Of a stretch of 64,000 nt of DNA, positions 32,805-44,606 are shown piece after piece (within the stretch, counting starts at the first letter, position 1; each line of letters begins with the position of its first letter). Both the position numbers and the translations under genes were made by a program. A model generated the notes under the pieces. That model was not told the DNA's origin. It did no database searches and saw nothing but the letters and a program-made list of their open reading frames with translations. Source of the DNA: TPA_inf: Saccharomyces (taxonomy: Eukaryota); assembly GCA_000146045.2 (NCBI GenBank), contig BK006934.2, positions 160,001-224,000 on the forward strand, in the 5' to 3' direction.

Positions 32805-33545
32805 TTAATCTCTCGTCAAAGGGTTGTTTACCTGGATAACGATACCGTTCTCATTGTTCTTAACCACGGAAACCTGTGTCAAATCACAGACCACATAATC
32901 TGCACCTGCGTCAAATAAAACGCTCTTATCATACGAGGATGTTATACCCACAGTAATTGCGCCCATTGCTTTGCCGGCCTTTATGCCCACGGGTGCATCT
33001 TCAAAGACAACATACTTCAGATCCTGTTTACCAGTTAATTGCAAATCTTGACGCAATAAATCACGAGCTCTTGAGTAACCCTCGGGATCAGGCTTACCGT
33101 TCTTCACGTCAAATCCAGTAATGAAAACTTTGGGCTTTCCAACATTTTTCAATATTGTCTCGAACCATGAAAATGCCAAATATGGAGAACCAGAGGTAAC
33201 GATAGCCCATTTCCTTTCAGGTAACTTTTTTTGAGTCTCAGTATCTACATCTAACGATAACAATAAATTCTCTGCACCAGGGATAAGGCTTACTGTGTCC
33301 AAATAATTATCTGCCATATCCTTTTCTAACGCAAGAACACCTTTATTATCGGTATTGTCCAATTTTGGAAAAAATTTCTTCATCATTTCTTGTGATCTTG
33401 CACCATGGGAATGCTTGAATAACTCAACAGGATCAACCCCATGCTGACGGCATAATTTTTTCCAGGCACTTTCCGCTGCAGTTGTTGTGCTGACAATAGT
33501 CCCATCTAGGTCAAAAAGACAAAGATCTACTGAAAATTGTGGCAT
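32805..33545 (-). CDS. DOG2: 2-deoxyglucose-6-phosphate phosphatase, HAD superfamily (246 aa)
   Basis: HAD motif I DLDGT. It is the downstream copy of a tandem pair. Confidence 0.88.
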   Translation of the reverse strand: MPQFSVDLCLFDLDGTIVSTTTAAESAWKKLCRQHGVDPVELFKHSHGARSQEMMKKFFPKLDNTDNKGVLALEKDMADNYLDTVSLIPGAENLLLSLDVDTETQKKLPERKWAIVTSGSPYLAFSWFETILKNVGKPKVFITGFDVKNGKPDPEGYSRARDLLRQDLQLTGKQDLKYVVFEDAPVGIKAGKAMGAITVGITSSYDKSVLFDAGADYVVCDLTQVSVVKNNENGIVIQVNNPLTRD

Positions 33546-34067
33546 TTTTTTTTTTTATTTTTTTGACGTAAATTTTTTATGTATATAGCAGTAAATGTAT
33601 CGATAACGTGTTGGCTAATACTATAGTGAATAACAAAAAGTACTCTTAGTCTCCTTTTAGCATTTGTTTTCACCAAAGAAGATGTTGCCAGCGCATTTTA
33701 AGTTTTTGAAAAATCCTCGAGAATTACCCCTTCCCCACATTTAAAAATAATGACGGAGCGTATTCAATCTACGGAACTATTCTCTACGAGAAATAATAAG
33801 ATCATTACGTAGTTCTTACATCCTGACGCAATTGTGATTAAAGATAATGATACAAAACTGAATACAAAGCATTCCAACGAAATACAGTTGATGGAAGTGT
33901 TTTGCGCTAAGGAAGATTAACATATAACCACACAACCATCTTCGAAGAAAAACTCAAAAAAAATCTTACCTCTTCAGTACCTAAAATGACATACATAATT
34001 CGACTTTTTGCTTGTCCATATGTTTTACATCTATATATATTCGTTCTTTTGTCACATTTTTGTTTAC

Positions 34068-34808
34068 TCAGGCCCTTGTCAAAGGGTTGTTTACCTGGAT
34101 GACAATACCGTTTTCATTGTTCTTAACCACGGAAACCTGTGTCAAATCACAGACTACATAATCTGCTCCTGCGTCAAATAAAACGCTCTTGTCATACGAG
34201 GATGTTATACCCACAGTAATGGCGCCCATTGCTTTGCCGGCCTTTATGCCCACGGGTGCATCTTCGAAGACAACATACTTCAGATCCTGTTTACCAGTTA
34301 ATTGCAAATCTTGACGCAATAAATCACGAGCTCTTGAATAACCCTCGGGATCAGGCTTACCGTTCTTCACGTCAAACCCAGTAATGAAAACTTTGGGCTT
34401 TCCAACATTTTTCAATATTGTCTCGAACCATGAAAATGCCAAATATGGAGAACCAGAGGTAACGATAGCCCATTTCCTTTCAGGTAACTTTTTTTGAGTC
34501 TCAGTATCTACATCTAACGATAACAGTAAGTTCTCTGCACCAGGAATAAGGCTTACTGTGTCCAAGTAACTATGGGCAATATCTTTTTCTAGAGCAAGAA
34601 CACCTTTATTGTCTGTATCATCCAATTTAGGGAAAAACCTTCTCAAAACCTCTTGTGTTCTTGCACCATGAGAATGCTTAAATAACTCGGAAGGATCAAC
34701 ACCGTATTCGTAACACAACTTGGTCCATGCTTTCTCTGCGGCCACTGTTGTACTCACTATGGTACCATCTAGGTCAAAAAGACATAGATCAGCTGAAAAT
34801 TCTGCCAT
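34068..34808 (-). CDS. DOG1: 2-deoxyglucose-6-phosphate phosphatase paralog, HAD superfamily (246 aa)
   Basis: Same length as DOG2. Residues from about 80 to 245 are identical to DOG2, and the N-terminal ~80 residues are diverged. Confidence 0.88.
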   Translation of the reverse strand: MAEFSADLCLFDLDGTIVSTTVAAEKAWTKLCYEYGVDPSELFKHSHGARTQEVLRRFFPKLDDTDNKGVLALEKDIAHSYLDTVSLIPGAENLLLSLDVDTETQKKLPERKWAIVTSGSPYLAFSWFETILKNVGKPKVFITGFDVKNGKPDPEGYSRARDLLRQDLQLTGKQDLKYVVFEDAPVGIKAGKAMGAITVGITSSYDKSVLFDAGADYVVCDLTQVSVVKNNENGIVIQVNNPLTRA

Positions 34809-35550
34809 TATCCTTTGAACTTCTTACGTGAGTGGCAACGTAACCAACAATCTCCATCAGAACGTTATTTCCAACAGAATAATCGCGATCATTAAAAATG
34901 AAAATAAAATTAAATAAAATACTTGCAATAAAAAAGTTCCATGAAATTTATATCATTAGATGGTACCAGAGCCTATAATCTCATAGATATACGCTTCCTT
35001 CTATAGCTGAACAACGGTTGTTTGAAATGTCGGGGTTAATGTCGGAATATATAGGAATACTCTGACGTGTCTGTATCACGGAACATAACCGTGATTGAAA
35101 ATTACAAGAAGCCAAGACTCTAAAGGATATGCGGTAGAAGGCGTGTGTAGAAGAGCCCAGTGTATATTTTTTCACCGATAAGATGAAGTAGATAAACGGA
35201 ATTTCTGGCAAGTTACTTGGCAAAAGGATACATAGCACGAATTACTTTATTATAAATATTGTAACTGATTGCCTTGAATTGATGTTAATGAGAATCCTAG
35301 GACCCTTGGTTTGGTCATTAGCTTTTCGTTTTTCTTTGCGCGTCGTTAAGAATGAAAAAGTTCTAATATGTATCGTATCATAAACGACAGCAACTTCGAG
35401 AAGTACATTGAATGGAAATCATTCTGCAACACCTTTATAGCTTCAACATAGGTTAAGTTTTAAGCATTTCAAGTGCTTTTCAATTAAGCTATAGAAAGTT
35501 CTTTCGTTAGAAAGAAAGACAGTTAAACAAGCGGCAAAAGTTGATGAGCA

Positions 35551-37233
35551 ATGAATTGGTCTTTTCTACTACAGCTGGTAATAACAATATTGTTAATTGT
35601 GCTGGGCGCCAACTGGTTGCTAAGCTCTTTTCTACTTGATTTTAAGAGAGATTTAACAGGGGTGGCTTTGTCACAGCAATCTAGCATATCCAGTGTTCGT
35701 AAAGAAAATGAAACAGCATATTATCGAAGCATTTTAGTGCCCACAGGATTCCCATTGACGACAGGATTAGGGCTATCTTTAAAATACAAAATAAGAAATG
35801 GCAATTTCGGTGATGTTTGGAATGCCATAATGGAAGTTTCCAAGGGAAAAAACATAATTAAATTTACAGGAAGAGAAAAAAGTTATTCGTTGAGTGAACT
35901 TAATGGTATGGCCAAGCGCATATTTCCGAAACTTTCCAATAAGAATTTCAAAAATATCGGTATAGCTAATTCTATTGCTACCGTAGAGGGTTTTACTCTC
36001 TCCTTGGCTTCCATGATGACCTCTATAAGAACAGGTTCAATACCTCATTTCTTGCCAGCTGTTCCTAGACAACGACTAGAAGATGTTGATGTCCTGATCA
36101 TCGACTCATGGAAGTCTTTTAAGATGCTAAACGGCAGCGAGGATTGGTACAAGCTTATTGTTGTTTGCGATGATCCTATCGAATCACTACAATTTGATGC
36201 GAACTGTGATGTTATCACTTGGAAAGAACTTATCGACGGTTTTACCAAGGATACAGAGTACCAATACACCCCGCCAGATGACAACTCTGATGATAAGAAA
36301 CTTTTTGCATACGTAACTTCACCATGGAATGGAACTAATAGTTTTAATCAAATCTGTCTGGTGAGTAATATAGCGGAATTCATCAAAGGGTTCCCCTTGG
36401 GAAATGAATTGAATAGTAATGAATACCTAACCATTTCGACAAAATTGGCAAATTCTAGTGCAAGCCTACAAATTTGGGGAAAGCTTTTTGCAGTTTTGCT
36501 GCATGGTGGGTCTGCATCTTTCATCAATCCTACAACGATAGATTGCGAGTCGTTGCAAGAAACTACGTTACTGTTTACCGAAACAAAGGATGTTGTCAAA
36601 TTAATTGATTCTAATTCTAGAAGTGGGCTGCTGAATAAAATCTACTTATCCTGGGCCACGAACTTACTGAGCGAGGGTATTTTTACGAAAATTGCCAGAA
36701 TCGAGCCACATTCTCTTGAAAAATTAAGATGTGTTTATTTGGCAGATAATGTGAAAGATGCTGAGGTTATTTCGACATTTCCTGAAAAAATTCCTCAGCT
36801 AAAAAAGACTAACCGAAGAATCACCCCAAGCACTGAACAATTGAATAAAATAAGAGCTCAATTAGGATCCCGTGTAGTCCTCGAGTTATATTGTCCCTAC
36901 GCTATCATGGGACCTGTGGCACATACCAATTTTTATGACTATAGGGTTTTTGGAAAATCTGTGGACGATAACGTTGTATGTTATGGAACACTAAGTACAA
37001 CATTAGAAGGAAAAATGGTAGAAACGGAAACAAACCCTCATTTGAACATAGAGAAGAAGCAGGGTATGTTATGTATTCGTGGTTTTAGCATAGGTAAACC
37101 AGTAGAGTCCGATCGTTTAGAGAAAGCTTTGCATTTAGCTGAAAGGTTTGGAGGAGGTGAAGGATGGATGCCTCTAGTTGGCGTTTTTGGACTATTTGGC
37201 CAAGACGGTTGCTTATACATCTATAATCAATGA
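35551..37233 (+). CDS. YHR045W: Uncharacterised membrane-associated protein (560 aa)
   Basis: ORF with an N-terminal TM helix (LLQLVITILLIVLGANWLL). No recognisable catalytic motif. Its position between DOG1 and INM1 matches YHR045W. Confidence 0.75.
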   Translation: MNWSFLLQLVITILLIVLGANWLLSSFLLDFKRDLTGVALSQQSSISSVRKENETAYYRSILVPTGFPLTTGLGLSLKYKIRNGNFGDVWNAIMEVSKGKNIIKFTGREKSYSLSELNGMAKRIFPKLSNKNFKNIGIANSIATVEGFTLSLASMMTSIRTGSIPHFLPAVPRQRLEDVDVLIIDSWKSFKMLNGSEDWYKLIVVCDDPIESLQFDANCDVITWKELIDGFTKDTEYQYTPPDDNSDDKKLFAYVTSPWNGTNSFNQICLVSNIAEFIKGFPLGNELNSNEYLTISTKLANSSASLQIWGKLFAVLLHGGSASFINPTTIDCESLQETTLLFTETKDVVKLIDSNSRSGLLNKIYLSWATNLLSEGIFTKIARIEPHSLEKLRCVYLADNVKDAEVISTFPEKIPQLKKTNRRITPSTEQLNKIRAQLGSRVVLELYCPYAIMGPVAHTNFYDYRVFGKSVDDNVVCYGTLSTTLEGKMVETETNPHLNIEKKQGMLCIRGFSIGKPVESDRLEKALHLAERFGGGEGWMPLVGVFGLFGQDGCLYIYNQ

Positions 37234-37247
37234 GCATTATCTATCGC

Positions 37248-37314
37248 TTTATTATTTATTATTTATTATTATCATTATTATTATTATCATTATTATTATT
37301 ACTACCAATACCTT
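37248..37314. repeat. AT-rich microsatellite, (TTA/TTATT/ATC)n, in the convergent 3' region between YHR045W and INM1
   Basis: Sequence tttattatttattatttattattatcattattattattatcattattattattac. Confidence 0.9.
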
Positions 37315-37397
37315 CTATATCCCTGTGATCAGCTAAAATGATTCAAATAACTGTCATTTTAATCGTACATTTTATATTAGGCCTAATGTGCTGACGA

Positions 37398-38285
37398 TCA
37401 GTCATATTTCAAATGGCCATCAACACAGTTCCAAAAGTCTGTGATATATTTTGTTTGTTCGTCACTTTCGTTATTAATTGTTCCCCTCACAGCCAAATAT
37501 GTCCTATTGTCGACATCAATACTCCATTCACCTGGATTGGCACCTACTACACGACCGCCCACTTCTTTCAAAATACACCATCCAGCACACACGTCCCACG
37601 AATAGCAACCACCATCCCAATAACTATCAAGGTACCCCATAGCAATATATGCCATTGTCATTGCAGATGATCCTAAATTTCTGAATCCATGAACAAAACC
37701 GTAATCACATGATAGTAATTTTTCATATGTGGCCATTTTTGTCTGAAAATTCTTTCCCTCTCTAGCGGAACCTGGCTGTAATGCCACTACGGATTTATTT
37801 AGTATTAGAGAACCCATAGATTCCAATTTTGATTTATAGTCATAGTCCTTGTTGTTAACTCTCATCCCATTTCCTTTAGAAGCGGATACCAGAAGATTAA
37901 TGTGAGGATTATATATAACGCCTACTACGGGCTCTTTGTTTACTGTGAGCCCAAGAGAGGTACAGCTAAATGGGAAATCATGAACAAAGTTTGTAGTCCC
38001 ATCAATTGGATCAATAATAAAGGTAGGATCATCAGTAATCACGGTCTCCCCTTTCACATAACTTTCCTCTCCAATAAACTTGAAAGTTGGATATTGGGTT
38101 TTTACCGATTCCCAAATTAACTTTTCGACCTGTTTATCGATAGCAGTTACAATATCAACGCTCCTGGAGCCAGTCTTCAAGTCATAATCCTTTTGAGTGC
38201 CGGACTTGGATTTGATGATTGGTCCTACTTTTTCAGTAGCCAGTTCACAGAGGAATTTCTCGATAGAAGCTAGATCAATGGTCAT
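37398..38285 (-). CDS. INM1: Inositol monophosphatase (295 aa)
   Basis: IMPase motifs (DPIDGT, WDxxAG). 295 aa. Confidence 0.9.
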   Translation of the reverse strand: MTIDLASIEKFLCELATEKVGPIIKSKSGTQKDYDLKTGSRSVDIVTAIDKQVEKLIWESVKTQYPTFKFIGEESYVKGETVITDDPTFIIDPIDGTTNFVHDFPFSCTSLGLTVNKEPVVGVIYNPHINLLVSASKGNGMRVNNKDYDYKSKLESMGSLILNKSVVALQPGSAREGKNFQTKMATYEKLLSCDYGFVHGFRNLGSSAMTMAYIAMGYLDSYWDGGCYSWDVCAGWCILKEVGGRVVGANPGEWSIDVDNRTYLAVRGTINNESDEQTKYITDFWNCVDGHLKYD

Positions 38286-38739
38286 GGTATATGTGTATAT
38301 GCGTGTACCAGCTGTTGATTTCCTTATTCATCCAAAAAAAAGAAAACACTGGGGTTATTTAACAAGCAGTTAAATGTGAAGTAAGAGATAAAAGACCTAT
38401 ATTAATACCATTTTTGGAAAAGCAACGTGCGCAACAATGAAAGTCACTCGATGCATCCATTATTCAAAAAAAAGTTTTTTTTTTTTTTCCATACATCATC
38501 AGATGAAAAAATCTCGCTATGACGCACGCCAGTCAATATTCACTCAGTTCTTCCGAAAGGAAGCAGAAGAAAGTTCTCTATACTTGGAAATGTGTCAATG
38601 AAGATGTTATCAGATTCATTTTCTGCTAGCTACTATATTTCTACATAAGCAAGTAGTAATCTCTTTATTAATTACACGTGGTTTTGACTCATTGGCATAT
38701 GTATATATTTGTGTTGTAGGTGCTCGTGAAAAAAAAAAG

Positions 38740-41310
38740 CTATTGATCATACTCATGCTCACGCAAGTAGGTAGCAACGATTTCACGATCTCTGCTCACC
38801 CATTGCGCCTTGGATCTAATAGTGTCTAAGGCTTGAGCCAGGGTTTGATCAAAACCTTTAGTGACCTTTCTACTATAGAACGCACTAATTTTTTCAAGGG
38901 CTTCAAAAGAGGTAAAATTAGTTAAACCCAATGTCAACACGCCACCCAACACAGGCGAGCCTGGCTGTAATCTCTTAGCAATTTCGTCCCAGTGTTCTTG
39001 CATCCAAGCCCATAACCTTTCAATACCCTTCTTATGAACTCTAATGCCTTGCATTGGGATGTAAAAATCTTGATTCAAAACTGTACCATCTAGCAGATAA
39101 GACAATGTCCTTTCTAAAAGTTCTTTGTCTTCAAATCTGCCCAAAGCTCTCAAAGCGATAATCTTTTCTTCTGACGAAACAGGGTTTTGATAGATGTTGA
39201 AAATCTTTTCGTAATTGTTTTCTCCGCCAAGTCTGGCAACGGTGTTGAAAACAACTGCCTTGAACAGTGCAGGTATGGCCTGTTTGTTCCCATTGGCGTA
39301 TTCCTCAAACATTTCTACCGCAATCGATTGCATTTTTTCATTGCCAGAAGTGCATGCGGCACTGAAAAGGGTCACTTTTAAACGTTGGATAGCAAAGGAG
39401 TCGTCTTCGCCAATATTCCACCCCAATTCAGAAAGTTTGTTAAGTACTAGATCCAAAGTAAATTTATCTAGAGCATTCAATATATCCTCTGGTTCGAAGA
39501 CCCAAGTAGATTTCAGAGCGGATAAACTATTAATGATTTGTTCCCAAACAACAAATGAATCCTCGTTTTTCCAATTAGAAATTAAATTCAAGAAGTTAGT
39601 AGTAGAGGTATAGCCAGATGCAGAAAGGGCTTTTGCATCTGCGACTAAGCCAACACGATCCTCTACGGATAATAAATTTGCCTGTTTGGATAGCTTAGCC
39701 CATCTTTCGTCAGAATAAGAGGTAATGAAAATACCAGATTGGTCACCATTAATCTTGAAGAACTCTTCATTCTTTAATTCGAAAGTAGCAGATTTTTCGT
39801 TCAATACCAATGTGTTATCGATACCTGTACTGTCTTTCAAAGCTAACAAAATGGGGTATATGGTTGTATCTTCCTCTTCTTTAACATCACCGGTACTTAA
39901 ATAACGGTGTTGAGTTAATGTGATTTTGTTCTTGTGTTCCTTGACAGATAACACTGGAAAACCAACACGTTTTGTCCAGATGTTCATCACCGAACAAACG
40001 TCCTTGCCAGAGGCATCTGCTAAGGCGTCCCACAAATCTCCGGTCTTTGCATTACCGTATTTGAATTTATTCAGGTATTGGGACACACCTTTAATAAAAG
40101 TCTCTTCACCCAACCATTTGGAAATCATCCTCAATAAAGAAGATCCTTTAGAATAAGAAATAGCATCAAAAATTTGATTGATTTCGTCCGCATTATTAAC
40201 GGGAACTTCAATTGGATGGGAAGATCTTAATGAATCTAAATTTAGAGCACGTTGTAAATTGTCAGTAACATATTGCTCCCAAACTTTCCATTCTGGTTGA
40301 AACTTGTTGCAAGAGTACCAAGACATCCAAGTGGCAAAACCTTCATTCAACCATAAGCCTTCCCACCAATCCATGGTGACCAAGTTGCCGAACCATTGGT
40401 GGGCTAGTTCATGCTGAATAACCTCAGCAACTCTTTGAATGCGATCTAAACTCGAATTTTCTATGTCTAATAACAAATCAATAACTCTATAAGTCACTAG
40501 CCCCCAGTTTTCCATAGCACCAGCAGAAAACTCATGAACTGCCACCATATCCATCTTTGGCAATGGATATTCTATGTTGAAGGTGTCCTCAAAGAATCTC
40601 AAGGTCCTAGCAGCTAAATTGGCTGCAAACTGACCAAATTTTTCGTCCCCTGGGGTAGAATAAACTCTTACTGGAATACGGAAATTATTGCTTTCCACGT
40701 ATCTCAGGTCAGCTACAATAAATGCTACTAAGTACGTAGACATCTTTGGAGTCGTGTTAAAAGTTGTATATTTCTTACCCTCTTTGATTGTTTCATTCCT
40801 GACATCCATGTTGGACAAATGAGTCAGAAACGATTCAGAGACCAAAGTTACTGCAAAAGTCGCCTTCAAATTTGGTTCGTCAAAACAAGGAAAGGCTCTT
40901 CTAGCATCTGTGGCTTCCATCTGAGTAGTAGCCATGTACTTCGTCTCCCCTGTGACTTTATCCGTATACTTAGCCCTGTAAAATCCCGCCATCTGATCAT
41001 TTAGAATACCGGAAAAGATAATTTCTAACTTCGCAGAAGGTCCTAGGTTTTCAAAAGTTCCATTAGGAAAGACAAGAGTAGCTTTTTGTTGGTTTTCGTT
41101 TTTGTTAACTTCAATGGCATTGACACCCTCAATACGTGCAGAATGGAAATCTATTTCTAAGTAATTTATTTGCACAGAGTTTATCGAATGATCATTAATC
41201 TGCAGGTCAATTTTTAATGACCCTTCAAACGTAAAAGCACGGAAATTAGGTTCTAGTGTAATGTCATAATGCAATGGGGTAACGTTGTTTGGCAGTACTT
41301 CACGGGACAT
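38740..41310 (-). CDS. AAP1: M1-family zinc aminopeptidase Aap1 (856 aa)
   Basis: GAMEN motif and HELAHQWFG(X18)E zinc-binding motif. The start is placed at MSREVLPNNV to give 856 aa. The track start at 41358 is 16 codons upstream. Confidence 0.88.
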   Translation of the reverse strand: MSREVLPNNVTPLHYDITLEPNFRAFTFEGSLKIDLQINDHSINSVQINYLEIDFHSARIEGVNAIEVNKNENQQKATLVFPNGTFENLGPSAKLEIIFSGILNDQMAGFYRAKYTDKVTGETKYMATTQMEATDARRAFPCFDEPNLKATFAVTLVSESFLTHLSNMDVRNETIKEGKKYTTFNTTPKMSTYLVAFIVADLRYVESNNFRIPVRVYSTPGDEKFGQFAANLAARTLRFFEDTFNIEYPLPKMDMVAVHEFSAGAMENWGLVTYRVIDLLLDIENSSLDRIQRVAEVIQHELAHQWFGNLVTMDWWEGLWLNEGFATWMSWYSCNKFQPEWKVWEQYVTDNLQRALNLDSLRSSHPIEVPVNNADEINQIFDAISYSKGSSLLRMISKWLGEETFIKGVSQYLNKFKYGNAKTGDLWDALADASGKDVCSVMNIWTKRVGFPVLSVKEHKNKITLTQHRYLSTGDVKEEEDTTIYPILLALKDSTGIDNTLVLNEKSATFELKNEEFFKINGDQSGIFITSYSDERWAKLSKQANLLSVEDRVGLVADAKALSASGYTSTTNFLNLISNWKNEDSFVVWEQIINSLSALKSTWVFEPEDILNALDKFTLDLVLNKLSELGWNIGEDDSFAIQRLKVTLFSAACTSGNEKMQSIAVEMFEEYANGNKQAIPALFKAVVFNTVARLGGENNYEKIFNIYQNPVSSEEKIIALRALGRFEDKELLERTLSYLLDGTVLNQDFYIPMQGIRVHKKGIERLWAWMQEHWDEIAKRLQPGSPVLGGVLTLGLTNFTSFEALEKISAFYSRKVTKGFDQTLAQALDTIRSKAQWVSRDREIVATYLREHEYDQ

Positions 41311-44300
41311 GGTATTAGCTGAGAGGGCAATTTGGCTTGCTTGAACAGGAACCCTCAAAGAAAAATCACGAATTGAATAAGCTTCCCTGAAGATAATTCT
41401 AAATGATTAGCTAAGATTACTCATAAAGTCAAAAGTTTGATCGCTAACAAAAGGGAAAAAAACGGAAAAAAAATAAAAAAATGTGTCAAACTCCCACAGC
41501 CAAGTCCAAGAGTACGAAAAAAAACTTTCACAACGAGTTCAAAAAATGTGGGATGAAGACTCCCGTTTTTCACCGCCTAGAAAACAGCGTTTGCTGAGAA
41601 AAAAAATAAATCATCGAGAAGAAGTATGTCATCATAGGATGTTCCCATTGTAAGGTGATGTGTAACATACTCGAACAAAGAATGTATAGAGCTGAATATT
41701 TCTCCTTTAAATTTCAAAGAAAATGAGAAGGAAAATCTCAAACAGAAACTTCGTTCTTTTTCTCAAGTAAGCAAAAGCTTATTGAGACAAAGCGGAATAA
41801 CTACGATATTAATAACGTTGATGAAGCTCGAACAAAGTTAGCGTCGGTTATGCTTGCCTATATAAAGATATATTTGCCTTACATTTTCGTTGAACGTAGA
41901 ATGATTTTTGCTTTTAATAAATTTTTTGTTGTTCTTTCAGTGCTTCTTCAACTTTGATACGAAAGCAAGTGCATTAGTACAACAAGAACTGGCCACAACT
42001 ATACTATACTCATTTTTTCTTGCCCGTGTTTTAAATGTTTTCATCCACAGCATTTGATGGGATGATTGGAAGTGAGACGTTCGAGAAAATCCATATTTTG
42101 AGTCAAGAATTCAGATAATATACTGAGATGATTAGGTATGGCTGGGTTCTACAAAAACACAAATATCCGGCTAGCAATGATCACTGAGCAAATTAAAGCG
42201 TTAACTCACTCATTATTGTAGCTTATGCGTTTCTCCTCCTCTCTTTTTTTCCTCGAACCGGAGTGGAAGATCCAATAACGTAATATTACTGATGTTGTTA
42301 TTAAAGCTGGCAAAAATAACATGAGGCGTAAAACCGCACTGCGGTAAGATGAGGGTATAAGGTGGAGATCAGGCGAACAAGCTGTTCTAAATCATACATA
42401 TGTACAATGAGAACGTGTAACGATCCAATGAGCGTTTCATGATGCCATTGTTTAATCAGAGTGATGAAAAAGAAATATTTGCGACCTTTTTTCGTTACAT
42501 TGATCGTGAAATTTTAATCAAAGATAATATAAGGACGTGAGATATTTATCTTTTTACTTGAAATTAACAATAGAATTGCGCTAAGCGGAATAAGAGCTTT
42601 CGTAAACCTTTCTATTTGCACCATTGCGTCAACGTATAAAATGGTATGACCTTTACACAAACGCATGCTTATAATCTTATGTTTTTCATAGGGTGTAATT
42701 TGGTTGATGACGTAGTCTAAATTTGATGCTATCTGCAATTGAGGTACATATAAGAGGTCAATTTCGGGACCAACCCTTTTAATCGAAAAAAACGTAATTC
42801 ACTAGGGCAAGGGAGAACTTAGCAGCTAATATCGTAAACCTTTCATACTAAAAAAATGCACTTACCATCAACAAAAAACTCAGGACCAATTTCCAAGCTT
42901 TTCTAGGTGATTGCCTATAACACAAAAAGATTCGCTCATACATGAGATTTTTACATGTAATAGCAATTTGTTCCGATCAGTTGAAGGTCATCAACGCACG
43001 GCAGGTACATCCACACCTATCACAAAGCCCTTCAATAATTCACCTACGTAAAGTTATACCGAAACATGCAAAATCCATGAAAAATTCTGTATGATAACGA
43101 TCATATCCTTTTGTATTGGTGGTACGATGCTCAAAGATAGTTATTGTTGCACCTGAGGCAAAAGCGGAAATGAAAAATCCAGATGGGGCCAAAAGCAGAA
43201 GTATTGTGTACAACAATTGCTTCAGCAGTTTACCAAACCGTTTCCCAGCAATCATCAAAAGTTGCTTTAGCCACATTTCCGCAAGATATCTTTGTGGCTC
43301 AACGAAGAGGGCTATTCCAAATGCAATACAATACTAGCCGCTAGTGATCCATGCTTATAGGCAATTTGATTGATAACTGGCCGTTCTATTAAGGAGTCAA
43401 TGCTAACCACATATAATGCATATAGGATTTGGCCTCTGCTGACCGTAATACTAGACAAGGAATATAAAACAACAACGTAACCCAGCATAAAAACGATATA
43501 AATAAAAAAAGAAACCAGATCATAAAGTTTGAGGGCACATCCCTCATGGTTTCAAAATCTCGTACATTGACTCAAACCTCGAGATCTTGTTTAAACGAAC
43601 ATAAGAACAGCGGTACCAAGTGACACATTGCGTACTGTGTAGTATGCGCCGTATATAACTTTTTTTTTCTGAAGGTACTTTGAATTACAATCTATTTTTT
43701 ACAGTTCCTATGGCAGGGGTTGAAGATATTTGGGTCTGAACCATAGCAGGATTAGTGTTATAGTAGGTATGTGAATAGAAGCTAACAAAATGAGATGAAC
43801 CTCATACAAAGTCGTAGAGAAAACTGCTAACAGAAGAGCTGCGCCTTGAAATCGTATCTCTAAGCTTATAATAAATTGAAAGGAAAAAATACGTGGTAAA
43901 TGCAAGCGACCAAAAGGCTACGGCCCAACGCTAACCCGCCGATAGGTGCATAATCTAATTTACCTCCACCAGCAGGAGCCCTTTTTCTAAGTAATAAGCA
44001 AACCAGATAACTTACATCTTGCTGTAGGAAACAAAAGCCGGAATAATGGTTCACTCATATTCTTCGTGTGAAACACAGAAGAAATCCAATATTTGCTTCA
44101 GTATTTATCTCTAAAAATTGGTCCTACATTGGAAACCATAAACCAATTATAACCGGTGTACGAATTGTAAGCTAGTTCTGGAAATGTCATGTTGCGCAGG
44201 TAAAAGTGGAGCTGAATTGTATATCTGTTTTGATCATTATTATCCCTCTGGGTGAGTGGAAATATCAATAAAATGCAATGGCACATTTAATATCCTTCTC

Positions 44301-44606
44301 TTAATTCCGTGATTTATAACATCTTGATGCCAGAAACACCTTTCGGATCCGGCAATAAAGCGGAGATTAGCACGCTTTTCGCCGGTCCTACGGATTTAGT
44401 GTTGGCTATTGTTGAGATTAGTAATACGCAGAGAATTTTTCTACCGGTGAAGCGACCATCTCAGATTATTAGGTCAAGCAATAACACTTGTTATTAGATG
44501 CGTTACGTTCACCTGGACCCTATATAAAGGCATATTTGCCTTACATTTGGTGTATGGTATCACCTTGTATACTAAGAACATATATATGCAGATATAACAA
44601 CAGGAT

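Noticed and set aside
41311-44606. Possible tRNA gene or Ty LTR (delta, sigma or tau) in the large intergenic interval
   Set aside because: A manual scan found no A-box (TRGCNNAGTGG) and B-box (GGTTCGANTCC) pair and no TGTTGG...CCAACA LTR termini. This was a by-eye search and cannot be fully excluded.
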